This document shows positions 8,731 to 19,465 of a stretch of 23,526 bases of DNA, piece by piece. The position numbers and the translations under genes were made by a program. Under the pieces are notes generated by a model. The model ran no database searches and was not told where the DNA came from. It saw only the letters and a program-made list of their open reading frames with translations. Positions within the stretch are counted from its first letter, which is position 1. Every line of letters starts with the position of its first letter. The stretch comes from Tubiluchus corallicola (lineage: Eukaryota; Animalia; Priapulida): the NCBI GenBank assembly GCA_030141605.1, contig JAQGDQ010001843.1, forward strand, positions 1 to 23,526, in the 5' to 3' direction.

Positions 8731-9214
8731 ATATGGGACATCAACTTCTAGAATAACAACTTGTGGCGTCTTAGTTGCGTGGTGCAGCTGCTATAAACAT
8801 CTTGTGGCGTGTCAGCTGCAACGCGTAAGTTATCTGCTGCGTTGTTATCAAGTTTCTACGTAAGCTAAGTCAAGGCCGAGAACAGTGACATCTCTCGGCA
8901 AGAAATCGCATTAAACATTTCCCTAAACTTGTCAGTAACAAACTAAGAATTTTATTGTTTTGTCCAGTAAAATTTGAAAAGTGAATCAGTGCCATAGCCA
9001 GATTTTCAAATGCTTGTAAAAATTGAAAATGCTAATTTATGTTGTTATTATTTAATTGGTACCGGTACTTAATATTAGTGATCTACAGCATTTTTAATAG
9101 TTTGTATTTTATTTTCTTGTGTTTTCACTTTTATACTAACACTTGGACATAAATCAAATCCGGACCCAATCTTAAACTGTGAGTCAAAACAATCCACCCT
9201 TTACAATTATAATT

Positions 9215-9339
9215 ACTAATCTAATCTAATTACTAATTATAATGATGAACAACGCTTTAGCAGTATTAATTGTGTTAAAATGTCTACTTTTATCCGATTG
9301 AAAAAAGGAGTAGTATATGAAAAATCATCTTGTCTTCTT
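9215..9339. mobile_element. Terminal fragment of the Kolobok-like element, copy 3
   Basis: TATATGAAAAATCATCTTGTCTTCT|TTAA (TTAA at 9340-9343) and about 100 bp upstream match 13260-13375 in the same orientation. Confidence 0.7.
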
Positions 9340-10299
9340 TTAATGGAAATAACATGTAAGCATCATGTTTTTCATGGATCCAAGGAAAAAGTAAATTTCT
9401 ATTCAAAAATCATGTTGCAAATTGAGGCATCTATGCCACTTTCAAATCCTTCCTCAATGAAAGAAAAGGTAATATGGCTTATGAAACCAGGATGAAAGGC
9501 TTTCCATTGTGATCACTCAGTTTTCCCTGTAGTCGCCCATCTTTTTAATAGAGGAATAATAACCAGTATCAGTAATTAGGTCGGGCGCTGCTTAACTGTC
9601 GTAGCCATGTATAGTGGTCATACTATGTGCGAAATGAACTATATGCCAAAGCCAAGCCAAGTGTGCGACATTTGCCACTACCAGCAGTTGCAATCGAGTA
9701 TTTATCTCGCAAATAACTGTAATAAAGTTATATTACGTTATATAAGGTTATAATATGGTGCTGGGTAATCAGAAAATACGAATGGAAATGGATTATTGAT
9801 TAAGAAGGTCCGCCATCCGTCTGTAGTATTTAAAACTTTGCCAGTTTGCAATTAACACCGTGAAATTAATTATTCAATGTTAACAACCATGACGTACAGT
9901 AAATGTAGCTTGAACTACTGCATACCGTATGAGAAACCATTCAAACCGCTTAATGCTTCAATATTTACTTGCCAGCCGTAAGGCAGATTTTCACTTAATA
10001 ATAAAACCTTCAAGGTCAAGTTCAATGTTAAACTTTGTTCCCAAGAAATCCGTTTCAGTCGTCAGTTGTTCGTCCATGTCATAGTGGTCATATTTGGACA
10101 TGCGTCCGTTTGCTTGTCCATGACTGTTAGTCTGTTGCGATGATGGTCAGTTATTGAGTGGCATGGTCAATCGATAGGACAGCCAGTCAACGAGAATATC
10201 GGTTATTCAATTTCTTAATTAATTAATCAATCAATCAGCTGTTCAATATATCAGTCAAGACTCAGCTAGTCAATCGGCTTGTCAGTCAGCCAGTCCTTC

Positions 10300-10455
10300 T
10301 GTTAGTCAGTCAGTCGGTCGGTCGGTCGTCGTCGTCGTCGTCGTCGTCGTCCAGTCAGTCAGTCAGTCAGTCAGTCAGTCAGTCAGTCAGTCAGTCAGTC
10401 AGTCAGTCAGTCAGTCAGTCAGTCAGTCAGTCAGTCAGTCAGTCAGTCAGTCAGT
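10300..10455. repeat. (CAGT)n tetranucleotide with embedded (CGGT)n/(GTC)n; degenerate flanks ~10220-10630
   Basis: Direct reading. Confidence 0.95.
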
Positions 10456-10689
10456 AATCAGTCAGTTAACTAGTTAGTTAACCATAATCAGTTCATGAAT
10501 CGGTCAATCAGCCAGTCAGTCAGTCGACTGTCATTTAGCTGCATATCAAGCTAATCAGCCATCAGCTAGCCAGCTTATCTAAGCAAGTATGCATCCAATC
10601 TCAACTGACCAATCAGCCAACCAGCTAAGTAAACAATGACCATTTATGAGATCATCAATGGACATCAAGCCTTTTCCCCTGCCACATGA

Positions 10690-10825
10690 ACACAGCAATA
10701 GCAAAGCGACTGCAATAGCAGCTGCTGTGACAGTAAAAATCAAAACAGCAGCAGCAGCAATAATAACACTAAGAACAACGCCAACAGCAGTAGTAATAAC
10801 AACAAGATCCACAACAACAACAGCA
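10690..10825. repeat. Degenerate (CAG/CAA/TAA)n low-complexity tract
   Basis: Direct reading. Confidence 0.7.
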
Positions 10826-10934
10826 GTTTCATTATTGCTACGAGCTGCATTTGCAGATCTGTAATAAGTCTACTAAAATTATCACCACCTTAAAACTCAA
10901 CAAATACTGATCAAATTTCAAAATGTTTGAACCA

Positions 10935-11880
10935 GTGACTAGTGACCATTTTTCTGACCAACAAACCAAGACCAACACAGTATAACCAACATACTGTGAC
11001 CAACATATTGTGACCAACGTATTGTGACTAAGCAACTTCTTGTGTCCAAAATAATGTGACCAACTTTTAGTGACTAACAATTTGTGACGAAACTATTGTG
11101 CTCAACATTCTGTGATCAACCTACTGTGGTCAACATAATTGGGCTAGACCTAATAAATTACGACCAACAAACTGTGACCAACCTGATATGACCAAACTAT
11201 TGTGATCAATATACTGTGACTAACATACCCTGACCAACGTAATATTACCAACATATTATGAACAACCTGCTGTGACCAACATATTACGACCAACATAGTA
11301 TTACCAACATACTGTGACCAACATACTGTGACCAACATATTGTGACAAACATACTGTGACCAACATAATATTACCAACATACTGTGACCAACATAATATT
11401 ACCAACATATTATGACCAACATACTGTGGCCAACATAATAGTACCAACATATTATGACCAACATACTGTGGCCAACATAATATTACCAACATATTATGAC
11501 CAACATACTATGACCAACATAATATTACCAACATATTATGACCAACATACTGTGACCAGCATATTATGACCAACATGTTACGACCGACATCCTGTGACCA
11601 ACATATTATGATCAACATATTGTGACTAACTAACTTCTTGTGTCCAGAATAATGTGATCAACTTTTTGTGACTCACAAACTATTGTGATCAACATTCTAT
11701 GACCAACATACTGCGATCAACATACTGTGACTAAGACATTATGAGCTACATACTATAACAAACATCCACAATGTGATCACAATATTGTGCCCAACATATT
11801 ATAATCAACATGCTGTGAACCAGCATACCGTGACAAACTTATTATGATCAACATATTGTGCCCAATATGCTGTAATCAAT
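10935..11880. repeat. Degenerate minisatellite, ~14-bp unit TGTGACCAACATA(C/T)
   Basis: Dozens of variants of the unit, with a 45-bp higher-order period at ~11380-11550. Confidence 0.92.
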
Positions 11881-11923
11881 TACAAATATTAAACACCTTG
11901 TAAATGCAGTCTAATGGAATTCA

Positions 11924-11981
11924 CCCGATACTTTGATCAGTTGGCGTGAAGGCCCGATACTTTGATCAGGTGGCGTGAAGG
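11924..11981. repeat. 29-bp tandem duplication CCCGATACTTTGATCAG(T/G)TGGCGTGAAGG x2
   Basis: Copies at 11924-11952 and 11953-11981 differ by one mismatch. Confidence 0.9.
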
Positions 11982-12748
11982 GAACGATTAGTTTCGTCTT
12001 TCTTAATGCATGAGTTTGGCGACACCTGATTGGATGCATAAATTACCTTGCAAGAATTACGTTATTACAGATTGCTATTAAAAAGTAGATTTGTACTACA
12101 ATAAATGACTGGTATATTCCAATTCAACGTTTGTAGTCTATTGAACGTCATTTCCGTTAAATAATCAGGACATTTTACAATTTCGTGCTTAACTGATGAC
12201 TGCAATCAATGTACTTAAATGAGTTTGACAAATTGAACCATTTTAAGAAATTGAAATACCAATTTACTGTGCTCAATCTAATAAACTTCTCCATATAAAT
12301 AATCTATGGTTGTTAATTTTATTGTTCTAAATTTTGCTGAACACACGGTCGAGTTATAAATGAATCTAATTTTGCAGTTTATTAATTTATATAATATTCC
12401 ATTAGATTTATAAGAATTGGCATTAATTAAGCTAAACTGCGCGAAACTATTGGCTTACAACAATCTAAAATAATATAAAAATGATGTGTTTACTTAGATC
12501 GTAAGAATCAACAAAGCAAATTTACTATTTATCAATGTATCTAAAAATGTAACACTGACGTACTGTGAAACCACTTTTATCATTACTAAGGTAGTGAAGC
12601 CAGTTAACGTTTACCAACCAACAGATAACTGCCAGGTAAATGCAGATAAGCACAGGTGAGTGGCCGTGCAATAGCAGGCACTAAATATCCCAGTTTAGGA
12701 TGCAAAAACTGTTTCCTTTATTCACTTATACAAGGTATATAACCTTAA

Positions 12749-13371
12749 AGCATTACCATACACAATCTTAAATTGGAGGCAAAAACAATCTGCTCGTTAA
12801 AATATTGAAAGGATACATACTTTTTTCAAAAGCGACTTCCATGGAAGAATTATTATCACACAAACACAATTTCACGTTCGCGCCACTAGCTCTTCGATGT
12901 AACATGCATTTTGCCATTCGCTAGTTAGACGGGCACTAGCTCCTAGATATCGGAAACCCATTGCAAAAAATCAGGTGCTGTACCTCTCAGTTCAGATGCG
13001 TTACTTTCTGACGAACTACACACGTTCGATTGCTCTTGCGCGAGCACAGCGATAAATTTGAAGTTTGAATTTTTATCTTAAAACTTGCATAGTTTTAGTA
13101 CAACACACTGAATAACTTACAGTAGTGCTGTATTTCAATTTTTGCTTTCGCAAATACGCGCAACATGCTCGTGGAATATTTTTGCTGTTGAGAATTATGT
13201 TAATTTGTGACATCATCAATAGTTGGTCTTGCCAGCTGTTACTGATCTATTATCTAAGTTTTTAATCTATTATTTAATTATCAGAAAAGCTTTTGCAGTA
13301 TCAATTGTTTTAAATATATTTTTATCGGATTTAAAAATGGGGTAATATATGAAAAATCATCCTGTCTTCCT
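12749..13371. mobile_element. Non-autonomous DNA transposon, Kolobok-like, copy 2 (complete)
   Basis: TTAA|AG... (TTAA 12745-12748) and ...CT|TTAA (13372-13375). Inverted homolog of 455-1003. No ORF. Confidence 0.75.
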
Positions 13372-13794
13372 TTAAACCTCGTGTTTGCTGTGCTTGCCTT
13401 TGAAGTGCCATTGTGCTTTCATTTCCTATTTTAGGAAGAAAGCTAATTATTCATAAATTATTCAGGAATCTCTATGGGCGGCGTTTAGTACGTTTACCCT
13501 AATCCCTTTGTCATGATTGCTCACTTGGCAATATTGTGATGGAACGTAATTTACAGAACTATCCCCCAGGGCGCAGCACATGTGATTACTGACTGGCGGT
13601 CGTGTACGCACGTTGCATAATAAAGGCAATAAAACCTTTGATTATTACAATTCGCAGTTTTTATTTCTTTCAAACTGCGTTCAGGAAACGTGACCGGAAA
13701 CTGTAAGAGAATCTGTACGAACATGTGATTCTCAAATGCTAAACTTGAATTAAAGGGAAAAGGAACGGGAGTACTAACGTCTAAAGTGTATCCT

Positions 13795-13896
13795 AAAAAC
13801 TTTCCATACCATGTTGCTTTCCACACCATACACCCAAAAAACTTTCCATACCATGTTGCTTTCCACACCATACACCCAAAAAACTTTCCATACCAT
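13795..13896. repeat. 42-bp tandem repeat, ~2.4 copies
   Basis: AAAAACTTTCCATACCATGTTGCTTTCCACACCATACACCCA is repeated. Confidence 0.9.
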
Positions 13897-14718
13897 CATA
13901 ACATAGTGGGTTTAAGTTTTGATGATTTTTTCCAGTATGCTTCAACCAATCACAACTTGCGTGGTCTCAACTTTAAACTGTTTACGTCTTTCTCGAGATT
14001 AAACGTTTGAAAATTTCCATTTGTTAACAGAGTTGTAAACCTTTTGAAATGCTCTGAATTCTCATCTTGTGCTCGCTACCTGTTTGTCGGTTTTCACTAA
14101 AAGATTAGCTAATGTTAATTCACTGCCCCATTGCAACTTTATCCGAAACATGTAACATTGTCATTGGCGTTATTGGCTCTCTCCAAATCGTATTATTGTA
14201 TAAAGCGTGATGTATATAGTATATAATTCATATTTAGATACATTTTATTAGGATCTTTTTAATGAGAGATATTCAATTTTAGTAAATTGTCTTTAGAAAT
14301 TTTATTTTTGTGCATTTTTTTATGTCTTATAGGATCAGCGTAAGTGCGCATGCGCCTGCTGATTCTTTCTTTTATACAATTTTAATATATGTAAAAATGT
14401 CAATAAAAATGTTATATCCATTCATTCATTCATTCATTTATTAGTGTTAAAAATACATACAATGCAAGAAAGAAATAAGACATACATACAATTTCAATTT
14501 GTGAAATATAATGACACTACAGACAAACAAAACCATTTCTAATAAAACAATAATTATTAAAATCTTCCTGCTAGTTATCTTAGTTATTTAAGTGAAAAGT
14601 TTAATGATTAGTATTTAAATAAATTGTCATATATTACATAGCATTGTGCTTACCTGTCTGAAAGACTAATAGGCTAAAGTTTGCAATTCCTCACACAGAG
14701 GAAATTAGTTCGTGAAGC

Positions 14719-14806
14719 GGATTATGATTAGGGTTAGGATTATGATTAGGGTTAGGATTATGGTTGGGGTTAGGGTTAGTGTTAGGTTTAAAGTTGGGGT
14801 TAGGGT
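14719..14806. repeat. Degenerate interstitial (TTAGGG)-like hexamer tract
   Basis: GGATTATGATTAGGGTTA x2, then GGTTAG variants. Confidence 0.85.
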
Positions 14807-15380
14807 ATTTAAATTGTGTGGGGATTGTAAACTCCTTCCGGTTTAGATAACTGGAAAAGAAAATTCTCCATAATTCAAAATGTTCGCACCAACTGGAAAA
14901 ACGCGACTGTGTCACCTTCCCAGTGTTGACCTCTGATTCACGAAAAAGCGCAGTATTGATCTTATTGACAATATAAAGTACTTTGTATTTTTGCTTGGTT
15001 AGCGAAGAGTGTACTGCAGAATGCTTTCATTCTTTTTTCAAACTTTATTTAATGTTATCTAAACTTGTTTCAAACGACTTAGCCTTTAATATGTCTGCGC
15101 CTAACGTTCATCGCAGAAGTCTCAAGTTTTCTACAGCGTTACTGTTAACACAAGCTCTATACGCAATAAGACAGATATAGACTTTCAATACGATTTCCTA
15201 AGTTTTTTATTAAGAGTATTTTCTTGTCCTTTAAGTTTTTACTCTGCAGTTACTGTGAGATTCAGACAGGACTAACTCCTGTGTTGCAATTCCTTTCATG
15301 CCATCTGGAAACGATGTGCTTATTTATATTGAGCAAATTTGTCAATAATGCCGACGCCTGCTGTTAAATATTATTGACAC

Positions 15381-15462
15381 GGGGCGGGAGGAATAGTCGC
15401 GTGCTTACCTTCACGTCCGAAGCTAAGCACTGCCAAGCTTGGTCAGTGAATGGATGGGATAC
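15381..15462 (+). mobile_element. 5S rRNA-derived fragment (SINE head or 5S pseudogene piece)
   Basis: 15416-15462 TCCGAAGCTAAGCACTGCCAAGCTTGGTCAGTGAATGGATGGGATAC aligns without gaps to the 5S internal control region (GAAGCTAAGCAGGGTCGGGCCTGGTTAGTACTTGGATGGGAGAC). The 5S ends are absent. Confidence 0.7.
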
Positions 15463-15734
15463 AAACTTCAAACTCGTACTGGAAGATTTTATTCGTTACA
15501 CCGGTTTTGGCTGTTTACTTCGTATAAACGGGAGGTATACATTCATCCGAACATTACGAAGGCCTGTTAGTTCTGTCTTTCGTGGATTTCTATACACAAA
15601 CTCTCACAGCTTCATCATACAGACAATATTTTCTGCTGCAAATCTCAAATTTTCTTTTCTTCAGCCATCGAGATAATATACAAACGACACTGACTCCTGC
15701 TCATGGATGAAAATTGAATCAGAAGTACCAAAAA

Positions 15735-15805
15735 ACTTGAGTTTCGAACCCGTGCTTCCTCGATTAGAGTTTGTCAGCTTAGTCCACTGAGCCAGTCAAT
15801 CAACC
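15735..15805 (-). mobile_element. tRNA-derived SINE head (Pol III A and B boxes)
   Basis: Minus strand: A box TGGCTCAGTGG (15794-15784) and B box GGTTCGAAAC (15750-15741) at tRNA spacing. No acceptor stem. Confidence 0.7.
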
Positions 15806-15899
15806 TGGCTATCACTAGAGAATCTCCAGGTGACGTATGCGATCACGTCACGAGTCGTACTACGCACGCTATACGTTGGGACGCAATGACGTGATGGTT

Positions 15900-16295
15900 G
15901 ATTTATTTACTTTTATTTATTTCGTAATCTTCAGACTGCAATAGACGAGTGACAAGGCAGTTACAATGTGAAATAAAATAATAAAGGACTACTATAAAAA
16001 CAATGCAAATTAAAACAAAGTGATGATAATAATATAAATAGAATATTACAGTAAAAACACAAAGAATTAAAATAGCTGCTTACAAGTGTCTACTAAAAAG
16101 TAAAAATTTGCTAAAATCAACATGACATAGCCGTTTTGTAAATAATTCTTGGTTGCCAGCATTTACATTTGGAGCATCATTCACATGCGGTGGTAGTTTA
16201 TTCCATAAACCTCACTTTTGCTGAAGAAATGTTTAAAGCAATTAAGCGAGCTTTTTTTCACTTGTAATTTCAATTGGTGGCCCTTGTTGAGGTAA
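15900..16295 (-). mobile_element. CR1-like LINE 3' fragment (degenerate)
   Basis: Minus strand reads TR(G)HQLKL, ARLNCFKHFFSK, LWNKLPPHV and FTKRLCHVDFSKFLL with frameshifts, then an AT-rich UTR and a (TAAA)n tail at 15900-15922. Confidence 0.72.
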
Positions 16296-16835
16296 CAAGT
16301 AGGGTCTAGCGTGTGGCTACATGATAATCGTTATAGTGAAAAGCTTAAAACTAACTTGTTTAAACAAAGTGAATATGAAACTCTTCTTATGAAACCTGGC
16401 TTCATTAACAAAACGGATACCAGGGGCATCTTAACGATAAATTATTTATCTATTACCGGTGAGCGACGTGTTAAAATTGATGCTGAAAATTCGATTACTG
16501 GTTAGTTATGATTTATGGGTTTCCCTACTCGGAAGATGCGCAATTTTGTTGAAAATCTGCAGCTCACTGAGCTAATTAATCAAGAAGCGACAAGCCGCTG
16601 TGATGAGACAAAACGCTGGGCGAAAAGCTGACGGGAATAATGAATTTCTGATTCTAGAGCTAGCATAGTTGTTAGTCCTGGAGGTTATGCTGACGGTGGT
16701 GGCGGTGGTGCAGCGGCTGGTGGTTTCGCCGGTGCAGCCACTGGTGGCGACGCTCGTGGTGGGGCTGGTGCAGCCGCTGCTGGTGGCAGTGAACAACATA
16801 CTGTTGTTTTAATTATCCCTTAATTGTTTTAATAA

Positions 16836-16838
<3 letters not shown>

Positions 16839-16920
<82 letters not shown>
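16839..16920. repeat. (ATT)n microsatellite
   Basis: Direct reading. Confidence 0.97.
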
Positions 16921-16922
<2 letters not shown>

Positions 16923-17239
16923 GTCAGAACCAACAACTATCATGTAACAATATATAACTATAATTAAATAACCACAACTGAAATAGCAACACGAACTTGT
17001 AGTTACGCAATAAACTACTCCAACAAATTAAATCACAGTACAAATATAACATTAAAATTTAAGAGGCTTATCTCTAAACACTAACTTATCTGTATTCAAG
17101 TAGCGCGCTGAGCCCAATGTTACTTGCCACTAGCTTGTCACAGCAGATAATTTATTATGATCAAATGTCCGATAGTCCACCAGATATAGTATTCCATCTA
17201 CAGTAACACAAGATGGTTGGTTGTGTTCCAGTAGCTCTT

Positions 17240-17945
17240 CACTAACAACCAAGATGTGTAGATACCACTACACAACCACTCGTCACTAACAACCAACATG
17301 GCTACCACCACACTATCACTCGTCACTAATACCCAACATAGCTACCACTACACTACCACTTGTCACTAACAACCAAGATGGGCACCACTGAACAACAATT
17401 CGTCCAGATCGTATCAGTTGTTTATAATAGGCCACATGAACAGCAACACAAGACGATTGTGTTCCCATAGCCTCACTAAAAAGCAAGATGGCTACCACTA
17501 CACAACCACTCGTTACTAACAAGCAAGATGGCTACCACTACACAACTGTTCGTCACTAACCACCATGATGACTACCACTACACAACCACTCGGTACTAAC
17601 AAGCAAGATGGCTACTACTACACAACCGTTCGTCACTAACTACCATGATGACTACCACTACACAACCACTCGTTACTAACTAGCAAGATGGCTACCACTA
17701 CACAACCACTCGTTACTAACAAGCAAGATGGCTACCACTACACAACCGTTCGCCACTATCCACCATGATGACTACCACTACACAACCACTCGTGACTAAC
17801 AAGCAACATGGCTACCACTACACAACCACTCGTTACTAACAAGCAAGATGGCTTCCACTACACAACCACTCGTTACTAACAAGCAAGATGGCTACCACTG
17901 CACAACCACTCGTCATTAACCACCATGATGACGACTACCACTGCA
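17240..17945. repeat. 40-bp minisatellite AAGCAAGATGGCTACCACTACACAACCACTCGTTACTAAC
   Basis: About 11 well-conserved units at 17481-17920, plus degenerate units at 17240-17400. Confidence 0.95.
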
Positions 17946-18129
17946 ATCAACAACCAATGTAGGATGTTTTTAAATGCACGTAGTGTGCAAAGTCTTGAGT
18001 GTAGTGACAGTGGCAAAAATGTAAAGCGACAGCTACAGTGCTGTTGTCATTTATGGTGACAAATAGCACAGTGGAAGACATATTTACACTCTTCTGCTTT
18101 ATCCTGTTTAACTACTCTAGGAACAGCGC

Positions 18130-18161
18130 GATGATGATGATGACGATGGCTATAGTGATGG

Positions 18162-18205
<44 letters not shown>

Positions 18206-18223
18206 GTAACGATGATGATGATA

Positions 18224-18256
<33 letters not shown>

Positions 18257-18311
18257 GTAACGATGATGATGATGATGATGGTAACGATGATGATGATAAT
18301 GATGATGATGG
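18130..18311. repeat. (GAT)n microsatellite with GGTAAC interruptions
   Basis: Direct reading. Confidence 0.97.
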
Positions 18312-19184
18312 TACTAGATGGTTATGAACTTAGATAGATTATGCAATTGATGAGATGAAATTCAAAAGTAGCCACCACAGATGTACGCCAAGTTAAGAAA
18401 ATATTATAAATCATGCTGTCTGTACATCTTGTAAAACTGCCTAGGAAGGAGTAAAAACTGCCTACTCATAAACTACAAAGTGTCAGTGATGAGAAAACTG
18501 CTCACAGTCGTCATTATTTCAACACCATGCGCAATTTAATTCAATAAAGTAAATTATCAGTTATTACGTTTATTAGGCAATAGGCGCCTTGCTCATGAAT
18601 ATTCATTTGAATTAAGTAATTTTTGAACTATTACTGCGAACATAAAACAACGAAAATGAAAATATTCTGCCATTGCAGTTCAAAATTAAATGAAATAAAT
18701 CAGTTTTGTAGCTGTGGAAATCATTTTCAAATCAGAGAAATTAGGATAACATTGTACTATTATTATGTGCTAAAAGTAACGTTCTGTAGCATAAAACAGT
18801 ATGAGCGAGCCACGTTTCGAACCTGGTTCAAGCCAAATAGATTTTACAATGATAATAAAAACGTTAATAATAAATCATTTTTATACTATTATAACAATAA
18901 TAATACAGAATACAATACCCTATTGGCAGGGAAAAATTCTACTAATACACACATTAACTTATTGCGACTGCAACGTTAAGGTAAAGACCTAAGCAAAATA
19001 ATTTAAATAAAAGAACAAATCACAATTTAAAAAATCACCTAAATTGACAATATTATAGGATGATTAATACGAAACAACACCGAACAAATTACATACAACT
19101 AGTGATTTATGTCAAACTCTCTCTCTCTCTTAACTTATAGTTAACTGGTCTCTAAAATGGAGTTCATCATCCACTCTCAATTTA

Positions 19185-19289
19185 TGTACTTTCTCACCCC
19201 TATTTTTCTCCTCTTCCTCCTCTTTTCCTTTTTGTTTTCAGCTTTTCTCTTTCCCTTTCGCTTTCTCTGCTTCGTTTTCTCGCTCTCCC

Positions 19290-19339
<50 letters not shown>

Positions 19340-19429
19340 CCCTTTCCCTCTGTGTGTGTGTGTGTGTCTCCTACTTACTCGCACCCACGCTCTCTCCACA
19401 TACCTCATTCTTACTCGGTGTAATTTTGA

Positions 19430-19461
<32 letters not shown>
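19185..19461. repeat. Pyrimidine-rich tract with (CT)n and (TG)n microsatellites
   Basis: Direct reading. Confidence 0.92.

Positions 19462-19465
<4 letters not shown>

Noticed and set aside
11150-11569. Repetitive ORFs and CRISPR-like appearance of the 14-bp and 40-bp arrays
   Set aside because: Head-to-tail tandem repeats without unique spacers, eukaryotic context, no cas genes.
12190-12240. Hammerhead core CTGATGA (also CTGACGA ~13008, minus-strand ~20215-20222 and TGATGA ~15612)
   Set aside because: No stem II closed before a GAAA and no stems I/III could be paired.
18820-18855. B-box-like GTTTCGAACC
   Set aside because: No matching A box at proper spacing. At most a SINE relic.
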